57,008 nt of DNA from NCBI GenBank assembly GCA_040220235.1, contig JAVJTO010000035.1. The stretch is one strand, 5' to 3'. Position 1 is the first letter of the stretch. The number at the start of each line of letters is the position of its first letter. Below the pieces are notes generated by a model. That model was not told the DNA's origin, ran no database searches, and saw only the letters and a program-made list of their open reading frames with translations. The position numbers were made by a program, and so were the translations under genes. The DNA is from Coleofasciculus sp. B1-GNL1-01 (GTDB taxonomy: Bacteria > Cyanobacteriota > Cyanobacteriia > Cyanobacteriales > Coleofasciculaceae). This document shows positions 20,132-31,453 of this stretch, in pieces.

Positions 20132-21733
20132 TCAAAAATAGCAAATATCTGGAGGACTGACTGGGCAAATTGGTTGCGCGTTAGCGGAGCTATCCGAAGG
20201 AATCGCATTGCCTGTAAGGTACAGCACTTCCAGACTGGTAAGTCCCGCTAGAGAACTGATATCCGTGATTTGATTGTTTGTTAGGTCAAGGCTCTCCAGG
20301 CTTGTGAGTTTTGCCAGAGGGCTAACATCTTTGATGTGGTTGTCGTAGAGGTAAAGCCAGTTCAGATTTTGTAGTCCGGAAAGAGAACTAATATCTTCGA
20401 TTTCGTTGCCGTTGAGACCAAGCTTAGTCAGGTTTGTGAGTTCTGTTAGAGGGCTAATATCTGTGATTTGATTGTCGGTGAGAATAAGATGCTTCAGATT
20501 GGTGAGTCTGGCTAGAGGACTGATATCTGTAATTCGATTGTCTGTTAGATCAAGGCTTTCTAGACTTGTGAGTCTTGCCAGAGGGCTAATATCTATGATT
20601 TGGTTGCTTTCAAGGTCAAGCCATTTCAGGTTTTGTAGTCTGGAAAGAAAACTAATATCTGTTATTTGATTGTTTGTTAGGTCAAGGCTCTCCAAGCTTG
20701 TGAGTCTTGCCAGAGGCAGAGAGCTAATATGTTTGATTTGGTTGTTATCGAGGCGAAGCCATTTCAGGTTTTGTAGTCTGGCAAGAGGACTAATATCTGT
20801 TATTTGATTGTAGGTGAGGATAAGACTCTCCAGGTTAGTGAGTCTGGCAAGAGGACTAATATCGGTGATTTTGTTATCTTCTAAAAGGAGGGCGTCCAGA
20901 TTTTTTAGTCCTGCCAGTGGCCTGACATCTGTGATTTGGTTGAGAGTGAGAAAAAGCGTCTCCAGGTTAGTGAGTTTTGCCAGAGGACTAATATCTGTAA
21001 TTTGATTGAGGGTGAGGTCAAGCTCAGTCAAGTTAGTGAGTTTTGCCAGAGGGCTAATATCTGTGAATTGGTTGTCTTCTAGGTTAAGCTTGTGCAGGTT
21101 GTGTAATCCTGCCAGAGGGCTAATATTTGTGATTTGGTTGCTGTCAAGGTCAAGCCAATGCAGATTTTGTAGTCCTGCTAAAGGACTAATATTTGTAATT
21201 TGGTTGTGGCTAAGGTAAAGCCCAGTCAGGTTTTGTAGTTCTGCTAGAGAGCTAACATCAGTGATTTGGTTACGGCTGAGGGAAAGCGATTCCAGGTTTT
21301 GTAGTTTGGCTAGTGAGCTAACATCAGTAATTATGTTGTCATCCAGGGAAAGCCGAGTGAGATTGATGAGTTTTGCTAGAGGGGTAACATCAGTGATTTG
21401 GTTGCCGCTGAGAACAAGCTCCTCCAAGTTGGTTAGTCCTGATAAGGGACTCAGATCACTCACTTCTTCCTCGTTGAGGATCAGCTTAGTACGATTTGAC
21501 AGATTTTCGGCAGCGAGTTCACAATCATTGGTGTCTACTTCTGCTAACAACACCTGTACGGTTCGTCCCGCCTCAACTGATAAAGTGGCTTGCTGTTGAC
21601 ATAACTCTTTAAAAGAACTCCCCTGACTAGGTTCAGCCGCTTGAGTGACTTCCCATCCCCAACTACTGAATGCCCATAAATTTATCAGCAGAGCCATTGT
21701 GCTAGTCAATTTCATCGTTAGTAAACTTCTCAT
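20132..21733 (-). CDS. Internalin-like leucine-rich repeat protein
   Basis: About 19 tandem 22-aa LRRs (66-bp DNA period); signal peptide. Confidence 0.92.
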   Translation of the reverse strand: MRSLLTMKLTSTMALLINLWAFSSWGWEVTQAAEPSQGSSFKELCQQQATLSVEAGRTVQVLLAEVDTNDCELAAENLSNRTKLILNEEEVSDLSPLSGLTNLEELVLSGNQITDVTPLAKLINLTRLSLDDNIITDVSSLAKLQNLESLSLSRNQITDVSSLAELQNLTGLYLSHNQITNISPLAGLQNLHWLDLDSNQITNISPLAGLHNLHKLNLEDNQFTDISPLAKLTNLTELDLTLNQITDISPLAKLTNLETLFLTLNQITDVRPLAGLKNLDALLLEDNKITDISPLARLTNLESLILTYNQITDISPLARLQNLKWLRLDNNQIKHISSLPLARLTSLESLDLTNNQITDISFLSRLQNLKWLDLESNQIIDISPLARLTSLESLDLTDNRITDISPLARLTNLKHLILTDNQITDISPLTELTNLTKLGLNGNEIEDISSLSGLQNLNWLYLYDNHIKDVSPLAKLTSLESLDLTNNQITDISSLAGLTSLEVLYLTGNAIPSDSSANAQPICPVSPPDICYF

Positions 21734-21915
21734 AATTACTGTCTATATTGTTATCGAATTGCCAAGCAACTATCTGAGTTGTACAACTGAATTAGACGTG
21801 CTATTGTACCTATTACTGTTTAACACAACAAGAAAGATACTGTATGTCTCCCTGACCGATGAAAGATAGATAATTGACCAGCCATCTGCACTTTCCCGTG
21901 ATCGAGGACTGAACC

Positions 21916-24774
21916 ATGCGTCTAAATCTAGTCAGTTTCAGCTTTGCCACGCTGCTGCTTACGCTAACTTCTGCCTTCTTACTACCTACCTTGAGTCTTC
22001 CGCCTTCAGTCGCACAGACTCTTTCCGAGCAAGACCAAGATAAGAAAAATCAAGCTGATCGACTGTTTAGAGAAGGGTTCCATCGCCAGACCAGGGGTAA
22101 CTTTGAAAGAGCATTAGGCAGCTTCGAGGAAGCCTTATTAATTTATCAAGAAATAGGCGACAAGGCGGGTATAGAAGAAACCCTTTACCATATTGGAGAA
22201 GTTTACGAACGGATAAAAGAATATGATCAGGCGTTGAATTACTACCAGCGATTTTTGCTAATTAGTAGCGAAGTCGGAAGTGACTCTAGGGAAAGATATG
22301 CCCTCATTGTGATATCAAATCTGTATTATACCCAAGCTCGCCAGCTCATCGAGAAAAATCAATATCGAGAAGCCCTAGATCAATTCCAACAAGCTTTGAC
22401 TATTGAGAGAAAACTTCGTCGAAAGGAATCGGAAGGCTACATTCTCTATCGAATGGGCTTTGCTTACAGAAGCTTAGGAGAGTATAAATTAGCGTTGGAA
22501 TCCTATCAGCAATTGTTGTCAATTCGTAATGAATTTGCTTTGTGGGGTTTGCCGAACGTCAATTTCGAGGTCGGAGAGATTTATGAGTTACTCGGACAAT
22601 ATGACCTAGCTTTGGAGTCTTATCAGAAAGCCCTAGAACTTGCCAAAAGCACAAGCTATAAATTACCTAACGGTAGGGTTGTTAACTATCCGGATGCAGT
22701 GAAAGCACTCAACGCTATTGGGGATGTTCACTTCCAGCTCAAACAGTACGAATTAGCCTTAGATTTTTACCAGCAAGCTTTAGCCGACCTCAAAACAGTT
22801 AGCGACAGGGATAAAGAAGAAAAAAAATTGCTGGAAGGATTGACTCTCAATAATATTGGGATGGTTTATCTCAAACAGGGAAACTATGAATTAGCTTTGG
22901 AGTTCTTACAGCAAGCTTTAACCATTAGCCAGTCATTTGAGAACAAGCCATTAAAAGAGTTGTTTCTCCGCAATATGGGAATAGTTTACTTTGAACTAGA
23001 GCAGTACGAATTATCCTGGGATTTCTATCAGCAAGCTTTGGTCATTGCTCAGGAAACGGGTGACAAAAGAGGTGAAGGACATACTCTCAATAATATTGGT
23101 TACTTGCTAGAGGCACAAAACCAGCCAGAATTAGCGATTATCTTCTTCAAGCAGGCAGTCAATGTTAGAGAAGCGATTCGGGATAATATCAAAGGACTTT
23201 CCCAAGACCAACAGGAATCCTACACTGAAACCATTGCTGAGGATTATCGCCATTTAGCTGACTTATTATTACAACAAAACCGTATCCTCGAAGCCCAACG
23301 AGTCCTCGATTTACTCAAAGTACAAGAACTCGACGATTACTTGAACAACGTGCGCGGTACAGGAAATACAGCTAAAGGCGTACCCAATTTACCCCCAGAA
23401 CAACAAGTTACAGAAAACTACCAAGCCATTCTTGATCAAGCCATTACTCTGGGGAAAGAACTGACCCAATTGCGACAGAAAAGTAATCGTACTCCCGAAG
23501 AGGAACAGCGCATCGCTCAACTCGTGGAAACTCAAGAAACCATTCTCGCCGATTTCAACACCTTTATCGAAAGTGACGAAGTAGAAGCACTAATTTCTAA
23601 ACTCACTCCAAAGACACGCAAACCTGATTTAGTAGACGAATTAGAAGATTTTATCGGCTTACAAGATAACCTCAAAAATCTCCACCAGAATGCCGTCCTT
23701 CTCTATCCCCTAATTCTAGATGACCGCATTGAACTTATCCTTGCCACCCCTGACTCTCCCCCTATTCGCCGTACTGTTACCGTTACTAAAGAACAACTTA
23801 ATCAAGCAATTGTTAGTTTACATCAAGCCTTACGAAATCCTACCTATAATGCCAAAACCCCAGCTCAAAAACTCTACAACTGGTTGATTAAACCCTTAGA
23901 AAATGACCTTACCGCAGCAGATGCCAAAACCCTGATCTACGCCCCCGACGGACAACTCCGCTACATTCCGCTTGCGGCTTTGCACGATGGTGAACAATGG
24001 TTAGTTGAACGCTACCGCATCAATAATATTACGGCGGCTTCTCTGACTGAACTCAACACAAAACCCCAATCCCAACTCAAGATTCTGGCGGGGGCATTTA
24101 CGGAAGGACACTACAGCTTTACAATTGGTCAAGAACAGTTTGAATTTGGTGGTTTACCCTATGCCGGTGTGGAAGTGGAAACGTTAGCCGCAACGGTTCC
24201 CAATACCACTCAACTCTTTGATAACGCCTTCAACCCGGAAGACACAAAACCGAAAATGGGCGACTATAACGTCTTGCACTTTGCCACCCATGGGGCAATT
24301 GTGGTAGGGACACCCGAAGATTCTTTTATTCTTTTTGGCGATGGGACTCCGGTTACCATTGCTGATGTCCGCAATTGGAACCTAAATAACGTGGATTTAG
24401 TGGTTCTTTCTGCCTGCGAAACTGGACTTGGTGGCAATCTGGGTACAGGTGCAGAAATTCTCGGTCTAGGCTATCAGATGCAAAGGGCTGGTGCTAGGGC
24501 TTCTCTTGCTTCATTATGGACGGTGGATGATGGCGGCACTCAAGCGTTGATGAATGCCTTTTATGCGGCATGGCAAGGTGAGGCTATCACGAAAGCTGAA
24601 GCCCTGCGACAAGCCCAAATTGCTCTGATTACGGGTGATTATACGGCTTTGGGAGAACAACGAGGTGCGAGGGTAGCCGTGCGGGTGCGGAATGGGCTAA
24701 AACCTGAAGTTATGAATCATCTTAATCATCCTTATTATTGGGCACCGTTTATTCTCATTGGCAATGGTTTATGA
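21916..24774 (+). CDS. TPR + CHAT (caspase/HetF-like) domain protein
   Basis: TPRs; HFATHG and VLSACETG catalytic motifs; HPYYWAPFILIGN end. Confidence 0.93.
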   Translation: MRLNLVSFSFATLLLTLTSAFLLPTLSLPPSVAQTLSEQDQDKKNQADRLFREGFHRQTRGNFERALGSFEEALLIYQEIGDKAGIEETLYHIGEVYERIKEYDQALNYYQRFLLISSEVGSDSRERYALIVISNLYYTQARQLIEKNQYREALDQFQQALTIERKLRRKESEGYILYRMGFAYRSLGEYKLALESYQQLLSIRNEFALWGLPNVNFEVGEIYELLGQYDLALESYQKALELAKSTSYKLPNGRVVNYPDAVKALNAIGDVHFQLKQYELALDFYQQALADLKTVSDRDKEEKKLLEGLTLNNIGMVYLKQGNYELALEFLQQALTISQSFENKPLKELFLRNMGIVYFELEQYELSWDFYQQALVIAQETGDKRGEGHTLNNIGYLLEAQNQPELAIIFFKQAVNVREAIRDNIKGLSQDQQESYTETIAEDYRHLADLLLQQNRILEAQRVLDLLKVQELDDYLNNVRGTGNTAKGVPNLPPEQQVTENYQAILDQAITLGKELTQLRQKSNRTPEEEQRIAQLVETQETILADFNTFIESDEVEALISKLTPKTRKPDLVDELEDFIGLQDNLKNLHQNAVLLYPLILDDRIELILATPDSPPIRRTVTVTKEQLNQAIVSLHQALRNPTYNAKTPAQKLYNWLIKPLENDLTAADAKTLIYAPDGQLRYIPLAALHDGEQWLVERYRINNITAASLTELNTKPQSQLKILAGAFTEGHYSFTIGQEQFEFGGLPYAGVEVETLAATVPNTTQLFDNAFNPEDTKPKMGDYNVLHFATHGAIVVGTPEDSFILFGDGTPVTIADVRNWNLNNVDLVVLSACETGLGGNLGTGAEILGLGYQMQRAGARASLASLWTVDDGGTQALMNAFYAAWQGEAITKAEALRQAQIALITGDYTALGEQRGARVAVRVRNGLKPEVMNHLNHPYYWAPFILIGNGL

Positions 24775-24788
24775 AAATAGAAAATTAG

Positions 24789-25868
24789 CTAACGGTTAGG
24801 ATTCTGAGTTTGCTGCAAGAGTTGTTCAGCCCGGATTGCCCATTCCTCATTTCCCTGGTTTCTGTACAGATTTCGGGCATATTCGAGAACTTGCTGGGCA
24901 TCGCGTAATCGATTTTGGCGCAGAAAGACTAACCCCGCCCCATAATAAGCATTGGCATAATTCGAATTACTTTCAGCAGATTGGCGGAATGCTTCTAGCG
25001 CTCCGTCTAAATCTCCCTGTTCAAATAAAATTGACCCTAGATTATAGTAAGCTTCGGGGTATTGGGGACTAATTTTGATGGCTTGCTCAAATGCGGCTTT
25101 CGCCTGCTCCAGCTGCCCCTGTCGCAGATAAACCAGTCCCAAATGATACGCAGGTTCTGGCGCATTGCTGCTCAACTGTATCGCATTCTGGAATGCCGCG
25201 ATCGCCACGTCATACTCCCCCAATTCAGACAGCACCAACCCATAATTATAATGGGCAACCCCCAACTCCGGATCAAGTTCGATCGCCTGTCTCAACGCCT
25301 CCCGTGCTTGGGGTAAATTATTCCCTTCCAACAACGCTGCGCCTAAATTCGCGTAAGCTAGAGCAAACTTGGGATCGATCTGAGCCGCCTGGTAAAATGC
25401 ATTGGCGGCAGCTTGTAACTGTCCCGCTTGGCGCAAGGCTAGCCCTAAATTATAGTGCGCTGGGGCAAGCTGGGGGTTCAGTTGTGCCGCTTGACGAAAC
25501 GCCGCGATCGCTTCGGCGACATTCCCTTGCTGAATTAACCTCAATCCCTGGTTTAGCTGTTCGAGTGCGGCGGGTTGGGTTGGCTTCAGGGGAGGGATAG
25601 ATTGAGCAAGATAGTCAGTTAGTTCGCAGGGGTGCAGGGGGGCAAGTAGGCATGTAGAATCATGCCATGGCACGTCTGAGTTCAGGGAAAGTTTTCCTTC
25701 CCGATTCGATGCGAAGGAAGGATTAGCGGCAATTGCATTGATACTAATACTTAGCAACAGTAAGCTCAATTTATAGCAAAAGGCAGAAGACAGACGTATA
25801 CCCTCGCAGGTCGTGAAAGGACAGAGGACAGACGGTTTTTTAGGGGTACGTGGGTGTTTCATAGTCAA
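24789..25868 (-). CDS. TPR protein
   Basis: Repeated AHYNLG/AYANLG TPR units. Confidence 0.88.
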   Translation of the reverse strand: MTMKHPRTPKKPSVLCPFTTCEGIRLSSAFCYKLSLLLLSISINAIAANPSFASNREGKLSLNSDVPWHDSTCLLAPLHPCELTDYLAQSIPPLKPTQPAALEQLNQGLRLIQQGNVAEAIAAFRQAAQLNPQLAPAHYNLGLALRQAGQLQAAANAFYQAAQIDPKFALAYANLGAALLEGNNLPQAREALRQAIELDPELGVAHYNYGLVLSELGEYDVAIAAFQNAIQLSSNAPEPAYHLGLVYLRQGQLEQAKAAFEQAIKISPQYPEAYYNLGSILFEQGDLDGALEAFRQSAESNSNYANAYYGAGLVFLRQNRLRDAQQVLEYARNLYRNQGNEEWAIRAEQLLQQTQNPNR

Positions 25869-26262
25869 CTGAACCAGATCTCATATATCTTCCCCGGCTT
25901 GCCTACCCAGCCAGCTATCATTGTTAAAAAAATATTAAGTTTATGTGGCGCTAAAATTATACCATTTTTAGACAAAATTAACTGTTAAACCAGAGAATAT
26001 ACAGAAAAATTAGAACTCATTGATGGAAAGCAACGTTACTTTAACCTCAATAGTAATTTTCCTGACCCAACTGGGCTGAGATTATCAAATTGAGGACAGA
26101 ACGCGCTAATTTGATAAACAGAGAGTTACTGATCTGCTCTTCATAGCGATAAATGCCACAAATGAGCAGATGAAGAGGTGAGCCAATCGCTTCATTGAAA
26201 GAGCAGACAAGACCTCACTCCCTTAACCGATCACCTGATTACCCGTAGTCTGGGGGAAAATC

Positions 26263-28323
26263 ATGAACCAAAACGCTGTAACAGCTATCCGTAATGTGGC
26301 AATTGTTGGTCCCTATTTGAGTGGTAAAACCAGCCTGTTAGAAAGTTTGTTGTTCGTTAGCGGGGCGACATCTCGCAAAGGCAACATCAAAGATGGGAAC
26401 ACCGTTGGTGATGCCATCGCCGAAGCACGCGATCGCACGATGACGGTGGAGATTAATGTCGCCAGTAGCGAATATCAGGGCATTCGCTTTAACTGGATTG
26501 ACTGTCCGGGTTCGATTGAGTTTGCCCAAGAAACCTATAATGCGCTCATGGGTGTCGATGCTGCCGTTGTCGTCTGTGAACCCACGAGCGATCGCGTCTT
26601 GATGCTCGCCCCTTTATTCAAGTTTCTGGATGACTGGAAAATCCCTCACCTCGTCTTTATCAACAAAATTGATCAACTCTCCTGCCAGGGGGGAGCCTGC
26701 GGTCAACCCTATCGCCAAATTTTAGACGCCTTGAAAGGGATATCCTCCCGTCCCATTGTTCCTCATCAGTACCCGATTGGCAAAGCAGAACAGCTAATCG
26801 GGTTTATTGATTTAGTCACCGAACAAGCGTTTCATTATCATACAGGCGCTCCGGCTGACCCTGTACCCCTGCCCGATTCCCTGAAAGACGCTGAACATGC
26901 CGCACGGGAAGAAATGCTGGAAGCCTTGGCAGATTTTGATGACCACTTACTTGAAGAACTCCTAGAGGAAATTGAACCGCCCCAAGAGGAAATTGTCAAA
27001 GACCTGAAAATGGAATTAGGGGCGGATTTAATTGTGCCTGTCTTTATCGGCGTGGCGGAACAAGATTATGGGGTGCGCCACCTGATTGATGCCCTATTAC
27101 GGGAAGCCCCCGCCCCAGAAGCCACAGCGGAACGTCGGGGATTGACGGGTAAAGGTGGCACAACCGTAGCCCAGGTGCTGAAAACCTATTACACTCCCCA
27201 AGGAGGCAAACTGTCCTTGGCGCGAGTTTGGGCAGGTCAACTCACCGATGGTGCGGTTCTGAATGGAATTCGGGCTGGTGGACTATACCATATCTTTGGT
27301 CAACAACAGCAGTCTACCCAAGCCGCCCAAGCAGGTGATATTGTTGCGATCGGGCGATTAGAAGGGATTCAAACGGGTGACACTCTGAGTACAGAGGAGA
27401 AAGGGGCAAAAGAATTACCCAAAGCCCCAGCCATGAAACCCGTCTATGGTTTAGCGATTACCGCCGAAAAGCGCAAGGATGAAGTTAAACTCAGTGGGGC
27501 GCTGACGAAGCTTTTAGAAGAAGATCCGTCATTAACGTGGGAGCAACATGAGGACACTCATGAAATTATCCTCTGGGGACAAGGTGAAATACACCTAAAA
27601 GTGGCATTAGACCGACTGCGGCGCAAATATAACTTGCCGATGGATACTCACCTTCCCCGGATTCCTTATAAAGAAACGATTCGTAAATCTACGTCCTCTC
27701 ACGGGCGCTATAAGCACCAAAGTGGTGGTCATGGGCAATTTGGGGATGTTTACCTCGATATTAAGCCCATGGAGCGTGGTGAAGGCTTTAGCTTCTCGGA
27801 AACCATTGTCGGTGGTGTTGTGCCAAAACAGTATATTCCGGGCGTTGAGACGGGGGTGCGGGAGTATTTGTCCCAAGGTCCTTTAGGCTTCCCGGTTGTC
27901 GATGTGGCGGTTACGTTAACCAATGGGTCGTATCATTCTGTCGATAGTTCTGAACAGGCGTTTAAACAAGCCGCACGAGTGGCTATGACGGAAGGAATGC
28001 CCAAGTGTAATCCGGTACTGTTGGAACCGATTATGGCAATTCAGGTGTCTGCACCAACGGAGTTTACCTCGAAAGTGCTGCAACTGATATCCGGGCGTCG
28101 GGGACAAATTCTCAACTATGAACCGGTGTCGGGTTGGAACGGATGGGACTGTATTTCTGGGTATTTGCCTCAGTCCGAAATGCATGACTTTATCATAGAG
28201 TTGCGATCGCTCACGTTGGGGATTGGCTTCTTTAACTGGGAATATGACCATCTCCAGGAAGTTCCGGGTAAGGTGGCTGATAATGTACTCGCGGCTACCG
28301 GAAATGGAAATGGCAACGGATAA
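26263..28323 (+). CDS. Elongation factor G-like protein (divergent EF-G paralog)
   Basis: GPYLSGKT, DCPG, NKID, GQGEIHL, KHQSGGHGQFG, HSVDSSE; G1 motif differs from canonical AHIDAGKT. Confidence 0.9.
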   Translation: MNQNAVTAIRNVAIVGPYLSGKTSLLESLLFVSGATSRKGNIKDGNTVGDAIAEARDRTMTVEINVASSEYQGIRFNWIDCPGSIEFAQETYNALMGVDAAVVVCEPTSDRVLMLAPLFKFLDDWKIPHLVFINKIDQLSCQGGACGQPYRQILDALKGISSRPIVPHQYPIGKAEQLIGFIDLVTEQAFHYHTGAPADPVPLPDSLKDAEHAAREEMLEALADFDDHLLEELLEEIEPPQEEIVKDLKMELGADLIVPVFIGVAEQDYGVRHLIDALLREAPAPEATAERRGLTGKGGTTVAQVLKTYYTPQGGKLSLARVWAGQLTDGAVLNGIRAGGLYHIFGQQQQSTQAAQAGDIVAIGRLEGIQTGDTLSTEEKGAKELPKAPAMKPVYGLAITAEKRKDEVKLSGALTKLLEEDPSLTWEQHEDTHEIILWGQGEIHLKVALDRLRRKYNLPMDTHLPRIPYKETIRKSTSSHGRYKHQSGGHGQFGDVYLDIKPMERGEGFSFSETIVGGVVPKQYIPGVETGVREYLSQGPLGFPVVDVAVTLTNGSYHSVDSSEQAFKQAARVAMTEGMPKCNPVLLEPIMAIQVSAPTEFTSKVLQLISGRRGQILNYEPVSGWNGWDCISGYLPQSEMHDFIIELRSLTLGIGFFNWEYDHLQEVPGKVADNVLAATGNGNGNG

Positions 28324-28553
28324 ATACTGAGTTTAAGCTAGGTTTGTAGTTGCGCTTTAGCGCCATAAGCACTTAAGCGCCGACTACAAACGCCAAAGAG
28401 TGTAGTAATATGCTTGATATATTAAGCTTTGTAAAAAAAATAGGTCTTCTGCGTAGAATTCAGGCGTGAAGCCAGAGTGATCGGTATCAAATCGCTAGTG
28501 ACGGTTGTTCCCAAAACCAGAACTGACGACACAATCACTCAAACCAAAAGCTT

Positions 28554-29447
28554 ATGTCATTCATTGCTTCACTCTTAACCACCCTCGTAGCAATCCTTGT
28601 CTTTTTAACAAGTTCCAAATTTCCAGACAAACGGACAAGTTTAACCGTGCGAGCCGTAGCATTACTCGTTGGTGTCGTTGCTGTCATTGCTTCCGTTTTT
28701 AGGACTTTGATTATTATCCCGGCGGGGAATGTTGGTGTGGTTGAATTATTCGGACAAGTTTCTCAACGTCCCCTGAATCCGGGTGTCCATTTAGTTAACC
28801 CGTTCGCTGAGGTTGAAGATTTTTCCACGCGACTGCGAGATATCAAGGAAACCATTGAAGCAACATCCCAGGAAGGGTTAGCGTTTAACATTGATGTCTC
28901 TCTTCAGTACAGACTTGAGCCAAATAAAGCCGTTAATGTGTATAAAACGATTGGCACCGAGGAAACAGACATTATCATTTCCCGATTTCGTTCCTTGGTG
29001 CGGGAAACGACCGCTAGCTATCCAGCCGAAGCCATTTACTCGTCGAAACGCCAAGAGGTTGCCAATCAGCTACGTCAACGGCTCAGTGAACAGTTGGCTC
29101 CCCTCGGTTTTGTGGTTGAGCAGGCTCTGTTGAGAGAAGTTCAATTACCGGAAACGCTGCAAGCGGCTGTACAGCAGAAGCTGGCGACAGAGCAAGAAAG
29201 CCAGCAAATGAAATTTACGTTGGAAAAAGAGCGTCAAGAGGCAGAACGCAAACGGATTGAAGCTAGAGGGACGGCGGATGCTCAAAAGATTATCTCTCAG
29301 GCTCTTAATCCCCAATTTCTCAGGTTAAAGGAAATTGAAGCGATGGAAAAACTGGCAGGTTCCAACAATGCTAAAGTCGTGATTATGGGCGGTGAATCGG
29401 GGGGAACACCAGTCATGTTCCAGCTTGATTCGGCTCAAAGTCCGTGA
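28554..29447 (+). CDS. SPFH/prohibitin (band 7) protein
   Basis: N-terminal TM segments, PGVHLVNP, EAERKRIEARG coiled coil. Confidence 0.9.
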   Translation: MSFIASLLTTLVAILVFLTSSKFPDKRTSLTVRAVALLVGVVAVIASVFRTLIIIPAGNVGVVELFGQVSQRPLNPGVHLVNPFAEVEDFSTRLRDIKETIEATSQEGLAFNIDVSLQYRLEPNKAVNVYKTIGTEETDIIISRFRSLVRETTASYPAEAIYSSKRQEVANQLRQRLSEQLAPLGFVVEQALLREVQLPETLQAAVQQKLATEQESQQMKFTLEKERQEAERKRIEARGTADAQKIISQALNPQFLRLKEIEAMEKLAGSNNAKVVIMGGESGGTPVMFQLDSAQSP

Positions 29448-29843
29448 TTGTTATTGGTTTTTGCTAGCAGAGTCTGTCGTTCTAAATCCCTATGTCTGAT
29501 ACACGAAACTGGTATATTGTCAAGCAAAAAAATGGACAATGCGAAATTGTTCCCAGCACTCAAGTAGAAGGTGAAGAAACCTCAGAACGCTGGGGACCTT
29601 TTTCATCTCAGCAAGACGCGATCGCACGTCGAATTGGACTGATTCGGGCAGGCAAATGCCAACCTGCCTAAAACAATGATTTCACGGAGTAGAGAGAGAT
29701 TAGAGTGGGGGATTTTGATTGCACTGATGACACTGAGAGGTTAGCCGTCAATGGGTAGAGGATGATCAGATTGACATGACTTTCGTTGTCGCCAGATGTG
29801 TCATGGCACGTCTAGAACATGCATCGTCTACATCCCCTACTAC

Positions 29844-31136
29844 CTATGGAGTTTGAACTGATGCCCGATCATTGGGTTCCTCGGCAATTGCCTGGTTGAG
29901 AACGTCTAGGGCTTTTACATATTGGGGATCGTCTGGCGTACCAATTTTAGTTCGATCCTTCTGTAATTCCTTGCGTTGTTCCTCAGTCAGTTCTATAACA
30001 ATATCTGGCGGAATCCCTTCCTTATTAATATCACGACCACTGGGCGTCAAATACTTCGCAATGGTCACCGCCAAACCCGAACCATCTCCGAGTCCGCGTA
30101 CCGATTGTACCAAGCCCTTGCCAAAGGTCTGAGTTCCGACTAATGTGGCTCGTTCGTTATCCTGCAAAGCGCCCGACAGAATTTCACTCGCACTGGCTGA
30201 ACCGCCATCAACTAGGACAACTAACGGTTTATCGGTCAAAGCTCGATTCCTGGCAATCTCTTCATTTGAGCTACCCTGACGATTCACCGTAGACACAATC
30301 TTGCCTTTATCCATCCACATACGGGCAATTTCAATACTGGAGTAGAGTAATCCGCCCGGATTAGAGCGCAAGTCTAAGATATAGCCATTAACCTCCTGCG
30401 TCTCTAACTCCTTAATCGCCTCGCGCATTTCCTGTGCCGCGATCGCGCTAAACTGATTCAAGCGAATATAACCAATCCCACCCGTGGGTGTACTCCGATA
30501 ACTGTAGCGTACTGGATGAATTTCAATCCGCGCCCGTGTGATTGTATAGTCGATTTCCTCCTCGTCGCGTTGAATGGTTAGTGTTACCTCTGTACCGGGT
30601 TTCCCACGAATTAGTTGCACGGCGTCATTCACATCCATGCCTTCGGTACTCTGACCATCAATCTTGGCGATAATATCCTTCGCTAGGATACCAGCCTTAA
30701 ACGCTGGTGTATCCTCAATTGGCGAAATCACCACCAACTTTTTCGTGTCCTCATCCTGGGCGATTTGAATTCCCACACCCGTTAATTCCCCAGAGGTATC
30801 AATTTGCATATTTTTGAACTCTTCGGGGTCCATGAATCGGGTATAGGGATCATCCAGCGTCTCGAGCATTTCCCGAATGGCTTCGTAAGCTTCTTCCTTG
30901 TCAGAATACTCACGGTTTAAATACTCATTCCGAATGGTTCGCCAATCCACCTGGTTGAAGGTCGCATCTACATACTGGCGATCGATAATTTGCCAGACTT
31001 CATCGACTAGCTCTTTGGGGCTTTCCTGAAAGAAAGCTTGACTTTGAGATAAATGCAGACCAGCCCCTGTAACTGCAACCGTTGTTAAGACTACTGCGGT
31101 CGCCCCGACCACGAGGCTACGTTTTGTAATTACCAT
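29844..31136 (-). CDS. S41 carboxyl-terminal processing protease (CtpA/CtpC family)
   Basis: LDDPYTRF, PDZ, DLRSNPGG, SASASEI, TFGKGLVQ. Confidence 0.95.
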   Translation of the reverse strand: MVITKRSLVVGATAVVLTTVAVTGAGLHLSQSQAFFQESPKELVDEVWQIIDRQYVDATFNQVDWRTIRNEYLNREYSDKEEAYEAIREMLETLDDPYTRFMDPEEFKNMQIDTSGELTGVGIQIAQDEDTKKLVVISPIEDTPAFKAGILAKDIIAKIDGQSTEGMDVNDAVQLIRGKPGTEVTLTIQRDEEEIDYTITRARIEIHPVRYSYRSTPTGGIGYIRLNQFSAIAAQEMREAIKELETQEVNGYILDLRSNPGGLLYSSIEIARMWMDKGKIVSTVNRQGSSNEEIARNRALTDKPLVVLVDGGSASASEILSGALQDNERATLVGTQTFGKGLVQSVRGLGDGSGLAVTIAKYLTPSGRDINKEGIPPDIVIELTEEQRKELQKDRTKIGTPDDPQYVKALDVLNQAIAEEPNDRASVQTP

Positions 31137-31453
31137 AATCCTTTCACAAGCTGGAGGAAAACGACTGCAAAGGAATTACGCTCACTCTAACACAGGCTAT
31201 GCCAGCACGCTCCTGTTGCACATCTTTGTTATCCATCCTAACTTGCTTACAGTCCGGATGATAAGGTTGTTGAGTTTTAAATCGGGACGGCTGAAGGGAA
31301 ATGCGGCTGTATTTGCCCTGATCCAATCGCTACAGTAAATACCCAGTAAGGCTTACAGGTGTCCAATAGGTCACCGTTTCCCCTGCGAGTCGCCCCACAA
31401 TGGTATCCAATGAGGTAGGGTCACGGCAATGTCGTCCCCTTATTTTGATTCAA

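Noticed and set aside
20472..21599. Antisense ORFs within the LRR gene
   Set aside because: Shadow frames produced by the 66-bp repeat periodicity
26263..29447. EF-G paralog and SPFH protein as members of the tRNA-mimic system
   Set aside because: They are 4-7 kb away, on the opposite strand and separated by unrelated genes; both are common in cyanobacteria; no sequence evidence of linkage
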